Part shown: piece after piece, positions 49,702-62,607 of the stretch
Layout: each line of letters begins with the position of its first letter
Position numbering within the stretch: position 1 is the stretch's first letter
Source: Balanoglossus misakiensis
Lineage: Eukaryota > Animalia > Hemichordata
Direction: 5' to 3'
DNA length: 64,000 bases
Assembly (NCBI GenBank): GCA_040954595.2
Contig: CM082597.2
Location: forward strand, 9,393,778-9,457,777
Made by a program: the position numbers and the translations under genes
The notes under the pieces: model-generated
The model's input: the letters and a program-made list of their open reading frames with translations, nothing else
Told to the model about the DNA's origin: nothing
The model's database searches: none

Positions 49702-49920
<219 letters not shown>

Positions 49921-52005
49921 TCAATGACGAAATGCATAAATCCTCTTGACTGACCTGTAATGGGGTAGATACTGGTAGTGCATGAAAGACACTGTATTAT
50001 TGCCACCTTGTACTTGTTAAAGTCATTACACTGCTGTATGCAATTAGCATAGTCAGGGACTGCAGAACAACAAAACAAGTTAGCAATGAAAGAGTGACAC
50101 CATTCAGCAAAAACAGGATTAATCCACACAAAACATACCCCAAAAAATATTCTAAATAAAATTATCACTGTCCAATAGTTTTCATTACAAAATGAACCCT
50201 TTCAGCCAAGTTATTCTTGAGTATAATTGATTGAACATTTTTCACTTTTTTTCATTTGAATACAGTTTCATCTACAGCCCAGGATTCACTTTATAGTAAC
50301 AACATTACTGAGCAATGAAGTCATGAATTGCTTCATTTCTATAGACTGCAACAACTATGTAACAGATTCAAATTCAGATAATAGTGTACACCAATAATCC
50401 GTCCCCAACACGCAATGGCACCACAATTTGTACAAAACACTAAATGTTGTGACCAAGTTTTCACAACTGTACAAAATGTGTGCTGAATATCATAATCAAT
50501 ACAAACTACTTCTTCTTTGTTGTTATAACTTGTTTTAATCTGTCACCAGGTGAATCTTTTGAACTGGAGTTTTGGATTTTAATTATGGGTTGATGTGAAA
50601 CAAATAGATCAACAGAGTGTGAATAAGAATTGTAAAATAACTTTGTGTAATAAGAATATGTGTAATGGTGGTGATTCAAGCATTTTCATGACTTGTATAT
50701 ATTCAAATGGTTTGTCCACATTCAGGATATTTTTTATGGAAAGAAAATTCACATTGTTCAAGAAAGTGAAGACAGCTGAGTTTACGACAAACAACTTAAA
50801 ATTTAAAACTGTGGTGTTTGGTAAAAGCTACAAATTTCAGGAGACCTGTTTGGTAACTGTGTTATTAAAATATTTATTTTTCAGGAAAAGAAGTGTCATG
50901 ATTGTATACAAAGATTAATGCCAAAACAGGGGGGGGGGGCATGCACTCACAATCATGTATACTTTCGATTACTTACAAGCCTTGGTTAGACTCTCAGAAC
51001 AGGGGCATTTAAAGATGTACGTTTGTCAAAATTGAAAGTATTGCCATTTCTTTTAATTGTTGATTTTTGGATTATCCTGTGTATGTATAATGAAAATCGA
51101 TTTCTGTGATGAAAAATAGGGGTCACCTACAGTGTAGCTTGTTTTTGAAATACAAGGCCATGAATTTAGTTGATAATAGATTTTTCACCAATGGGCTGTC
51201 TATGGCCCATGGGCGAAATTTTTAACGAGATTTATCCCAAAATAGAGCGCTGTGTCCACACGACTGTATTTGACCAATGAATTTATATTGACTGGACTGA
51301 GCTATGTTAGTAGATCAATGTAATCCTATGGGAAAAAGATGAGTGCGCACAGTTTTCCGGTTTATGTTCTGCGCATATACATCTTTAAAGCAGATACATG
51401 TATCTACAGAGATGTTCATCTTGATTGTGTAACACTTGCAGCATGTAATTGAAAGGCAAAGGCAGTGGGGCAAGGTAGTGAGATTCCAAGAGCGAGCTGA
51501 AACTGAATTGATGATTTGGTGAGCCCGAGTTAGTCTCATCCTTTTTCAATTTTGGTCATGTGTTTTTGCAGTTTGTTGGATTTCTTATTTGTTTTGCCTC
51601 ATTATTTTGATAACCAATAAAAACAGCATCAAGGAAACTGGTGCATTCTCAGTGTTTTGTGATGTAAGGTGGTATGGTACCCAAGATGAGCATGGCATCT
51701 ATAATGACCCAAAACATTTATTAGAACTAAGATTCTGTCATTTATTGATATTAGTGACACAACTTATAAATCTCTCCTTTCAGATGAGTTTGCAACATAT
51801 AATGAGAAACTCAAATGTACCTGTAATTGACAGAACGATATTGTGAGCAAGTGAGTCAGTCAGCAATAGTTATTGTGATTGCAATGCTATATGTAGTAAA
51901 AATACAACATTGATTATGGACAAACCGCTTTGTTTGGCAGCAGTGTGGCAATTGAAGTTTAAAATTCTGCCAACAATGCTTATCTCACATCTCAATAAAA
52001 CACCA

Positions 52006-53958
52006 TTCTCACTGAGACGTTAACACCGGTGATACACCGCTGCAGATATGCCTCTGACAGAAAAAAATAAATGTGAACGCCTTACACCGGTGCTGCGCCA
52101 GTGTTATTTTGCGACGGCGAAGAGTGGTGGGTCAGGGCCATTGCTGGGCCAGTGCTCCGACGCAAATTTTCAGTGAGAACGCAAAGATAAACAAACACCG
52201 TTCAAAAGCGCCACCCTGCCGTGACTTTTGGGTATATTTACGAGCACAGTCCCTCAAGAAAGATGGTCGGGAATCGCCTATTGTTCGGACGTGTGAACGA
52301 GAGGATAAGCTGTAGGATGCGCATTCACTCTACTACACCCACGATGATTTTCCCGATATGTTAGTTATGTTTCAAGTATATTCCAATTCAGTACATTAAA
52401 TTCATTCGACATGCTTTTAAAGACAAGGGAAGTGCACATTTTGCATATCAAATCGCTTCTTGTAGCACCCACGGGTGTTGTAATTTTCAACTGTGGATTG
52501 TGGGCATACACATTTTGTGGGTGTTTCTGGGACCGCTTTAATTTGACCCTTTTTTCGATGTTTTTTTCTCGATAAATGTTACAAAAAGCTATGTATGTTA
52601 ACTCCAATATATAAGGTGTTAGGCAACTATATCGAAAATGAACTGTCTATTATACTTGTGCCGAAATCGGTCATTTGCATCGTTGTTTGATTTTACACTG
52701 AAACAAATGGTGGCCTAATGTAAATAAGGTGGCTTCAATATGAAATGGGCGATTTTTCATTCTCTTGATCATGATAAGTCTTGTATTGGTTTTGGTGATC
52801 TTTAGTACTAAATTCTTGAGCTATCAGGATATGACTGGTGATGTTCAACTTTTACGAAAAATACAAAACCATTTTCGAGCGAGTGAGCACTTTCCAAGAT
52901 GCCAGTGTGATCGGGTGTGTTCATACCACTTCAAGTGTGTCGCGTTTTTATCCTTCAAAAATGCGTTTTTCAAATTCGATAGCCATTGTCAATCTTCTAG
53001 TTAAGTTGTATTGTATAAACACCATGCATTGGTTCAATATAGTTTTGCCAAAGTGATTAAATGTTACCGATAAAACTGTATGAAAATTGGAGCTGCACTG
53101 ATCGCCGTCGAACAGAAAGGAAGCCCTACAAATGCACTGTCTTCGATCACTCACTCAACGACCTGGGGCAGTACGTGTTCCTAGTCCTGGGTCGCGTTCT
53201 GATCGACAAGGTCAGGGTTAGAATAAGAGTCACAAATCTGTGTGTTGGTTGAGGGACTGTATCTTAAACGACATTTATACAACAATAACAACAACAGTAC
53301 ACAGAAATTTTCCACACATGTGCTAAATAAATTATGATGCATTCTAGAGAAATGACATCACCGCATATGCTAATCTGATGCAAATGACTTCGACATGCTT
53401 CCGATCAACATCCAATAAACATTTCAGCAAACCATAATGAGCATCATAACAATAGGGGCCCTGAGAGTTTCCCAACCGTCTTTCTTAAGGGACTGTGTTA
53501 CAAGGTAACCCATTGTCTTTGGTCAGTTTCCATTTTGAAGTCAATCACACTGGACGTGAGTGGTTTTCAAACCATCCACGGTTTGCCAGGTCTGCAACAC
53601 TTCTGTCTGCTACCAACTTTCAGAAGGTTCTCTCGATCACCGAAAAGCCGAGGCATTTTCCATTTATGGATTAACATTCATTTACTTCTAAACATTATCA
53701 AAACTGTCATGAAGACGACAAAGTCGTCTAGAACGCATTTGCAGGTATAGAAACTGAAACTTGTTGCTGTAATGTCCTCGACGTCATCAATTTTGTTAGT
53801 TGCCGTGTTGCTAAACATGGCCATTTAGACGGTGTTTATTTCAAAACAGTGTCCAAAAATTTAGTGTGTGGACGCACAGAGATTCTGTGGGCTAATCCCC
53901 TGTGTTTGCCGAGAGTAAACACTGGCCCTACACCGGTGTCGAAACATTCAGTGAGAAC
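52006..53958. mobile_element. Degenerate TIR element containing the ~570-bp repeat
   Basis: TTCTCACTGA..ACACCGGTG at the left versus CACCGGTGT..TCAGTGAGAA at the right; no TSD resolved. Confidence 0.45.
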
Positions 53959-55152
53959 AAGGCTTAAAATTGTCTTTCTACAACCCAAACACTCATTGTT
54001 TCATGTGCAGGAATTTATGTTTCTATAGCGATGCAAATGATATGAATACTCAGAAACAATCAAAAGAACATGACAGTCAGCTTGAATTACTCAACACTAT
54101 GACCGACAATCACTATTATCTGACAAGGCACAACAAGTTGTGTTTGACTAGGCCCCACTATGAAAAACAATGCACAAGGCACATTTGGAAAACAGCTACA
54201 TGTACCTGTCCTACTTCAACATACAGCGATTCATTGATGCATAAACGCACACCCATTGCAACATCCCAGAGGTTTCATTTGAAAAAAATTAGACAGTCAA
54301 GCTAGCAGTTTCTCAGAAAGGACATTTTGATTCAATTAGCACACCAGTTTTAACATTGCTATATGAGTATTTTAGCATTGCTGGATTGAGCTCTCGCTCA
54401 ATCATAATTGTATAAAATAATAGGGGTTTTATCGATTTGTCGAATGCTGCTGTAACAAAAACAATGTTAATTTGTATTTTTGCAACCTATATTTTTAAAG
54501 GAAAATGTCACCTATGTTAAACTTTGAAAAAAAAATAAACATCAATTTGTCAGTCAATGTCAGCCTGTGACTCTCACAAAATTCCAATGGAAGTGACTGT
54601 TCAAAGGATGATGATGAAACCTACTGTGTTCAATTCTCACCCGAGAGCAGAACTGTACTGAACAAAGAACCTGAAACAATCACATATAAAGAGATGAAAA
54701 TGATGGCAGACATGTGTTAAATCCAGTAATCAGAGTCAACAACAGAACTGAAGTGATGTCTGGTGCCAGAATGTTGACCTCACCGCACAATCACCATGAT
54801 TGTACCTACCATCCATACAAACCCTCCAGAAGGAAGAAACACTAGCATGACCTGAGTTGACCTCAGTGACACTGAGATTATGAACTGAACTGAATTAACA
54901 CTGCAATCGCCAGTCACTCAAAAAGTTGAACTGCCAATTGTTGACTGGTTATTGAATTCTTTCAGGTGAAAAATATTACTAGAGTTTAGATAAAGTATTT
55001 TTGTTTACTATTGGTAAAAAAAATTACAAGATCATTTCAAAAACTGTGAAAGACAAAGTTTGAAAAGCAAATCAAAAGCCAGGACTGTTCCATTGAAAAG
55101 ACCTGAGATGACATACACACATTGACTGACTGGAAGAAAAACTGTATTTTAA

Positions 55153-55493
55153 AGGGACAAAGTCTCTTTTTCGCTGCCGGTTTTCCATTAATTATGTTTG
55201 ATACAAGACCCCTTTTATGTTAATGTACATGGAGATATATAGTGAATCAACGTTCCACCACACACAACTTCCATCCGACTTGCAGATACGAGAGTGAAAA
55301 ACTCGCCAAAATGAATAATCGGTGTTTACCATTTCTTCATTTTGGGCAAGTTTTTACTTTCATATTATACATGTGGGATGAAAGTTTTAAGTGGTTGAAT
55401 GTTGATTCACTTTATATCCACATTAACATAAACGATGTCTTGTATCAAACATAATTAATGGAAAAAGGGCAGTAAGAGAGAGACTTTGTCCCT
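55153..55493. mobile_element. Kolobok-like foldback MITE; fragments at ~7584-7755, ~14520-14650, ~22190-22366 and ~27466-27494
   Basis: TTAA|AGGGACAAAGTCTCT...AGAGACTTTGTCCCT|TTAA; the same terminus occurs at four other loci. Confidence 0.85.
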
Positions 55494-56770
55494 TTAATTA
55501 AGATGAGGACTGACAAATATGATGTTGATTGAGGTGTTACACACCTCGAAATAAAAGGTCATCTGATCATGTTGAAATTTATACCTAGGATACTATGACT
55601 TCTAATCATTTAATCTATGGAACAAGTGACCTATCGGTCAAAAGAGCTCTGCTGACTTTAACAGTGTAACCTGGGCGATGATATGAATACCCGAGGTTTT
55701 TATTCATAACAATTGTATTCTATTGAACAAAACCAAACATAAACATCACAAGTATTTATCCAAATTCAGCTTGATTCATTGTGCTAAAGAAAGAAAGAAT
55801 TGAATCCTAAAGAACAACATCAAAAGGAAGCACCAAGGTTCTAATTTGCATATTCATGACCCCATCAAAATTCCAATTAACAAAATCAGGTAGGGGCACC
55901 ATAACACACATTCCTACCAAATTTCAGCTCCATTGTACATGTAGTTATGGAGAAGAAGATTTTTGACCAAAAATTCTATTTTTAGATCTAATTTGCATAT
56001 TCATGACCCCATCAAATCCAAATTAACAAAATCAGGTAAGGGCACCATAACACACATTCCAACCAAATTTCAGCTAAATATGCCAAGTTGGTTTAAAAGA
56101 CGATTGAAATACCAAAAGTTGACGGACGACAGATGACGGACGGACGGACGACGGACGGACACTTATCAACCTACTGCTAAAATCAAAATTTCTGCATGGG
56201 ATATGGGGTACTTGAAACCTTCATAGAGTGGGAGGGGGGATTTGAAATAAAGATGCACCCCCCCCCCCCCCCCCCGACCAAGTTGTTTGCTAACTCTACC
56301 TAAATGATCTTTTGATAGCAGGTGTTGTAGACAGCATTGACGTCACTAGAAATCTCACAGACTCTAGAGTGTCCTTTTCTGTATTCATGGGCTACACACA
56401 ATTTGTCAAATTGACGTATATAACCAGTATAAAAATGCAGTATGTGATTCCACTTGAATCATGAGAGCTTTAAGTGTGGGATACAATAAAGCTCTTGTCA
56501 ATAAACTACATGTAGAGTCACATACATTGCAAAGGTTTTACTGATTTATTCAGCATTAGTACAGAAACTATTAGGACATTTATTTCTTTTCTAAATTTGC
56601 TAAAGTGTAGTGATTCTATATATGATTCTGTTAGTTAATTAAAGTGCTTGAGTGAAAAGATATTTAAATATGGCTATAGTCTAGATATTATGCTTTTTAC
56701 GGGGGACAGATTTGTGTTTAGGCAGATTTTAAAGGCGAAGGCCTCACCATTAAATCATACTAATGGGATA

Positions 56771-57329
56771 TAGTGAACACCTATTGCCTGGCCATGAGGG
56801 CCATAGCGGCCGTTTATTACACCCGAGGGGCTGTGAGTTACCAGAATCATATGCTATACCTGTTATAATATACCTCATGCTGTGTCGTGATTCGCCAGAA
56901 TCAGTCACGTGATAGGAAAATAAAATTGATTATAATATACCTCATGCTAATACTGTGCCGTGATTCGCCAGAATCCGTCACGTGATGGGAAAATAGAATC
57001 GACTATGAACCGCTAGGGAAATAGCAGAAAAAATATAAACCGGTCACGTGACCAACGTGGTCACGTCAATCAGCGTCGCGTCGTCTGACACAATGGCCAC
57101 CGCGGAAGATGTCGTCTGCCAGCCTCAAGAGAAAATTGCAAGATTTTCCCAGCTGTTAGCATGAGGTTTATTATAAAACACCTATAGCCTGGCCTATATT
57201 CGGGCCATAGCAGCCATTTTTACCCCCTACGGCCTCAAGGAAATAGCATATGATTCTGGTAACTCACAGCCCCTCGGGGGTAATAAACAGCTGCAATGGC
57301 CCTCATGGCTCGCCAATAGGTGTTCAATA
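56771..57329. mobile_element. Second copy of the palindromic Crypton-like element, with a different core
   Basis: The left ~85 bp match 30066-30150 and the right end is inverted. Confidence 0.7.
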
Positions 57330-59098
57330 TACAGAATTTCCACATTTTGTCAAACCAATTTCCCTGTCTTCCCATACTGGTGGCATGATAAGCTTTTGTG
57401 TTTAGCATTGTAAGGTTGTGGACTTCTCAAATTTCAAAAGGTAGAATATTGTTATTTTCCTGACTTTTATCAAACATAGCAAGAAAATACGGTGTTTCTA
57501 TGTTAGCTCTAAGGGGGTCTAAAATATTGTGGATACTGCTGAGTCAGCACTTTCTCACACTCCTAATGCTATAGTTTTCCTATGGAGAAAATATCTAAAC
57601 AGCTCTATCAAAAATCAAGCACAGTGACATAGTAGTGTCCAGTATTTGCTATATGCGTCTGTGAGGGCGCTATTGATAATACATCATCAGTACATCATCT
57701 TTCTTGTTGTTCAGAGCCAGAGACGGCTACGCTGAATGATAGTATTTGTTAGTATGCAGTGCGTAAGTGTCCAGTCATTAATAGACGACAAAACAATAGT
57801 GTTTTCTTTAAATCTTGTAGTAATACTCCTCTTTTGGCACCTGAAATTTTAAGGAAAATGACAATATTGCAATACTGTTTTCTCAAAGCCTATGACCTAT
57901 GGAATATGGAATGATAACCATAAACTGCATTTAGGTATTCTTCTAACCTGAACACTTCACCACCATAGTTCAATCCAAACCCAATTGTTTTTATGATAAA
58001 GTTGGACCTCTAAAGAGGAAACTGGGGGTGAAAGGGTTAAAAGATTCCCCTTTCCAATGAATCCCATAAAATTGTTCAAACTTCAAAACTGCGGCAAGAG
58101 GAACACAAAACCAGTATTCACTCACTGCTCTTTCTGCCACGCCTACACACATTCAAAATGATTTTTTTTGTATCAGGATTTTTTACATCAAAGACCAATC
58201 ACATTGTAGAGGGTGCTCTCCTATTCCAAAGCTTTTCTGTCATGTGACCAGGGTACTGTACTAATTTGCAATAAAATACCAAGTACATCCCATTCTGATT
58301 TTCAAAGATCAAATCCTTTATGTGAAAATGAGGTTATGAAAAAAGAGCTTTCCAATGACCTCTAAGGTCTCACAAAATCTCACACATTAATTTTCAAGCT
58401 ACAGCAATAATATTGAATGTTCAGAACATAACACTAGACATGTTTTCCCCTAGAGAGCCAAATGAAATGAAAAACCAGGGTTGATACAAATGACGTTCCT
58501 AATTTCAATATATATCTCTTGCAATTTACAAGAATTATGAGTAATAATAACAGAGTACAGCCACAGAAGGGGGAATTTTTTCCATTAATGCATCAGGAGA
58601 AATGTTTACGACCAGTTTTTTGAACTGGAGTATTAAAGTGCATGTAGTAATTCACAATCAAACCAGCTTAATAGGTTGATAGTGTTTGTTACACAGTGAT
58701 TTTAGCAAGTATTTCCAAATCATTTCAGATCATTTGATTTGGCTCATGCTGACATTATTATTATACTAGGCAATACATCTTGATGAAAAACACAGAAATA
58801 TTTTGACCGTTAATTTTTTTTTCCTGGGCACAGATACCTAAACATAGCCATTTTGTCAAGATATGTCCTGACAGCAGAGTACAAAATGAATGATACAATA
58901 TAGCTACCATTTTTTTTATCCATCTCACATTCTTAGCTGACACACAGCTAACAATAACAGCCCTACTATACATCAACTGAAATGTCTAGACAGACAACAA
59001 ATAGATCAAATGAAGTCAAATTGCTAGAGTAGAATCACACCAAATAGAGTCTGTCTACTCAATCATATTTGTAATTTCTGATTTTACAGCACCCAAAG

Positions 59099-62000
59099 CG
59101 CCAACGTGGACACAACCACTGTGTTGTCAGACACCAGCAAAGACTACAACCAGGCACGTAAGGTCGATAACACGAACGGTTTTATTACGAACGCACTACG
59201 CCGCTAGTTACAAGATGGCGGACGAGCAGAGAGAGAGAGACACGCCACAGGCAAAGCATTGTGGGTAGTGAGGCCAAGGGTCAAACCACTAACAACTAAC
59301 ATAGTGGCGCAACCACTTTTCTTCTTTCCTTTTTTTTGACGAAAAACAATGAACATGAGCAGAATCTGCGGAGGCACATTGCGATGCCAGGGTAAACTCA
59401 ATAAACCAGAAACTAAACAGTTTCACATGAAGTAGACAAAGTGGCAATAACACGAAAGCATGGAAAAACTGTCCCCAAATACAAATACGATGAAATAGGT
59501 GCAAACTGTCCCAAAATAAAGTCCTGTAAGTCCTCTGGGGTACGACATCCGGCCTTTCAGCTGCCGCTCCATCTGGCTGGTCAAGTGGGGGGGGGGGACG
59601 GTGGTTTTGGGTGAAGGGCCACACCCGTCAGTCTAGTACAAAGGTGGAGGTGACAACGTCTATGTAATGCCAACAACCAAGTAACAGTCACGGGGCTGTA
59701 TTTTCCTGTGATCTGAACGGGGGTAGACCAGGTCGTCTACATCACGTGCAGGCGCCGCTGTAAAAATGTCAAGTGGAGCCTTCGTGTGTTCACTGAACTG
59801 GTGGTCACCGAGATGCATAGTGCGCAGATCGCCTATCTGCTTGTGGTTGAAGATGGGTAGCTGAGTGTGGTCCAACTGATCCGCTTGCATCCGTATTGTA
59901 TGTGTAGGCCGACCTGCGTTGACATAAACATTGGCAACAGCAAGCAACGGTAGTGTGACGGTGGCACGAAGTGGGACTAGACGTACAAGTTCGTCCTTGA
60001 ATTCTTGGATGGCTCTGTCGGATGCTTGATTCCTGTTTCGGTTTTCAACACACCCCATTTGGACGATGAGGTTGTGCAAGCCGCCTTTTGTTGAAGTCGC
60101 AACTCCCGGAGCAGGGTGAGGTCTGATGACTGCGGGCAGGCCGTCAACTGGGTCTACCTCCTGCTTGGTGACGTCAGTGGCAAAGACAATGCCAACAATC
60201 TCTGGATCTTCCGGATGAGCAACCACACCTGGTCCCTCATGGATCTGGTGTTGAGGTACTTTCAACTGCTCGTGCGAGTACGGGGGGCGCTGGCCACTGT
60301 GCTGCTGGGGTTGAACTGGACATGTGATCCCTGTAGCCTTGAAAGGATCGGGCTGGACGTTGTAGCAACTGACAGTAGGATTGGGCAGTTCGTCATTGTG
60401 ATCTGGTGACATTCCGTCTTCATCCGGCGTAATGGTGGATGAGCAACATCCTGTTGACTGGCTGGTGTTAATGACTGGCTGTGTGTCTGCATGAACAACA
60501 CCGTCTGTTGGCGGTACGAAAACCGGGGATACTTGACTCAAGTGTTCAGTGCGTGGCATGGTATGAGATCCGCCTGTCACGTTGGGGGTATGCAAAGCTC
60601 TCCCTGACAGTCGCCTGTTGCTAGGGGGCGTGTCGGAACGTGGCTCAAAGGTATACACATTGGTGATGTCCTCTAGTTCCTGTGGCATTTCCACAGCCAT
60701 GAAGCCACGCACCATTCTGGACTCCTGAGGTGCTTGGGTGACGATTGTGCGGCGTATGGCATGTTGTGCCAGACCTGGTGAGCCATATGTATATGTGGAC
60801 CCACTACCCAGGGTTATTTGTCGCGTGGCTGGGCGCAAGCCGACGTCATTGGCGTCCATGAAAGGTATACCTGCGAGGACTTCCGCATCGAGGCTTTCAG
60901 TTACCAGTCCCTCAAACGTAAATTGCTCGTCATCACGGGTGAGAGTGAATCTGGTCTCGCCGATGACGGTGAGAGCTGAAGACCCATCGGCCTGGCGAGC
61001 GGACTGTGAGGTTGCCTGGATAGGAACGCCGAGGCGCTTCGCAGTGGAGAGCCGTATCATGTTGCCAGTGGCACCGCTGTCGATTGTCAGACGCACTGTG
61101 TGACGATTGTAGCACGCATCGAGGTAAGGAGACTGGCGCACTTGGACTCTGGTTATAGGGGGACGGCACACTTGCACTCTGGATATGGAGGGACCGGCCT
61201 TCATGTCATCATCTGAAGACTCAGAGTCAAGTCGATGCATTTCGTCAGGGTCATTGTCAATGATACTCGCGATGCGACGCGCCTTGGTCATGAATCTGCG
61301 GTCTTCATCTGGTAAAAACTTGCAAATGCTGAGGAAATGGTCGTCAGGGCGCCCCGTTTGTTTACATAATGGGCAGGAGCGGTACTGTCGCCGGTCTCGT
61401 TTGGGTTTGGGGGAGTCTACTACACCACCATTGGAGCGATCATCCCAAGTGTCACTATCTTTCTGAGACGTGAAGCGGTTGCGTGATGCAGCAGCTCGCA
61501 TAACAGTCACCTCCTCCATAGATCTGATTTCATCTAAAAGAGACGATAGGGCCTGGGATATTTCTGGCTTGATTGAAGCAAGTGTACGTGTGCGAAGCTC
61601 AGTTCCATATCTCTGCTTCACCAATCTTGGTAGGTCTTTATGGATGAGCTGTAGCCATCGAAGGATAATGTAATTTTCCAACGAGGGGGAGAGTTCTTCA
61701 TCCTCCATTATTTTGTCTCCGTGGTGGGTAATGCTGCTGTCCTTTCGGAGGAGATTGTCTTCAGCGAAGGCAGTCAATCGCTGAAACAGGTCCTCAGGGC
61801 GTTCACCTGGCTCGAGGCGAATATCACAAAAATCAAGTAGATGGGCACCGGTCGACTGAAAACCATAATGGAGGCGAACGGTTTGCCATATGTTGTCAAG
61901 GGATGTGGACTTCTGAACAATGGTGTTACGGGCAATGATGGGACAGAAATTAGCTATCTGTCCAAGCATGAGTTCCAATGCAGATGCTTTCTGTTGTGCA

Positions 62001-62607
62001 GTACGGCGTTTGGGAGTTGGAACAGGTTCCCCATCATCTGTAAATCCTCTATGAACGACAGACTTGGATTTCTTTCCCCATGTGGCGCCCTCTTCCAGGA
62101 AAGGGGAGAAATTAGTGTCCAGGGACAAAGTATAAATCAAGTTCTGGCGCCAACTCTCAAACGATGTAATAGTTTCAGACTTACTTAAGCACCATTGCTT
62201 AGGCGCTCGCTGCACGCCCGCCATGTTTAAACACTGAGGCAGGTTTTCTCGACGAAATGTGACTTCAAGTTACGTATGTGTAACTCACTGGCTGTACACC
62301 TATGTGTGTTGAAGTCCTACTGTGACTGAATGTTCAGCAACTGGAAATTACTGTATTGTTGCCGATGACGAGGGTAGACGATCGACGCTGCCACCACGCC
62401 AACGTGGACACAACCACTGTGTTGTCAGACACCAGCAAAGACTACAACCAGGCACGTAAGGTCGATAACACGAACGGTTTTATTACGAACGCACTACGCC
62501 GCTAGTTACAAGATGGCGGACGAGCAGAGAGAGAGAGACACGCCACAGGCAAAGCATTGTGGGTAGTGAGGCCAAGGGTCAAACCACTAACAACTAACAT
62601 AGTGGCG
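59099..62607 (-). mobile_element. Troyka-like Gypsy LTR retrotransposon, non-autonomous
   Basis: Apparently identical 211-bp LTRs (62397-62607 and 59099-59309) with CGCCA..TGGCG ends, 3-bp TSD AAG, PBS TGGTGGCAGCG (tRNA-Leu-like) and purine tract AGGAAAGAAGAAAAGTGG. Confidence 0.88.
59660..62224 (-). CDS. Gag + aspartic protease with collapsed pol remnants (854 aa)
   Basis: Gag-like N-terminus, CPLC..HFLSIC knuckle and protease LTIDSGATGNMI..VLAGIPFM. No YxDD RT motif, and only an integrase-like remnant. Confidence 0.85.
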   Translation of the reverse strand: MAGVQRAPKQWCLSKSETITSFESWRQNLIYTLSLDTNFSPFLEEGATWGKKSKSVVHRGFTDDGEPVPTPKRRTAQQKASALELMLGQIANFCPIIARNTIVQKSTSLDNIWQTVRLHYGFQSTGAHLLDFCDIRLEPGERPEDLFQRLTAFAEDNLLRKDSSITHHGDKIMEDEELSPSLENYIILRWLQLIHKDLPRLVKQRYGTELRTRTLASIKPEISQALSSLLDEIRSMEEVTVMRAAASRNRFTSQKDSDTWDDRSNGGVVDSPKPKRDRRQYRSCPLCKQTGRPDDHFLSICKFLPDEDRRFMTKARRIASIIDNDPDEMHRLDSESSDDDMKAGPSISRVQVCRPPITRVQVRQSPYLDACYNRHTVRLTIDSGATGNMIRLSTAKRLGVPIQATSQSARQADGSSALTVIGETRFTLTRDDEQFTFEGLVTESLDAEVLAGIPFMDANDVGLRPATRQITLGSGSTYTYGSPGLAQHAIRRTIVTQAPQESRMVRGFMAVEMPQELEDITNVYTFEPRSDTPPSNRRLSGRALHTPNVTGGSHTMPRTEHLSQVSPVFVPPTDGVVHADTQPVINTSQSTGCCSSTITPDEDGMSPDHNDELPNPTVSCYNVQPDPFKATGITCPVQPQQHSGQRPPYSHEQLKVPQHQIHEGPGVVAHPEDPEIVGIVFATDVTKQEVDPVDGLPAVIRPHPAPGVATSTKGGLHNLIVQMGCVENRNRNQASDRAIQEFKDELVRLVPLRATVTLPLLAVANVYVNAGRPTHTIRMQADQLDHTQLPIFNHKQIGDLRTMHLGDHQFSEHTKAPLDIFTAAPARDVDDLVYPRSDHRKIQPRDCYLVVGIT

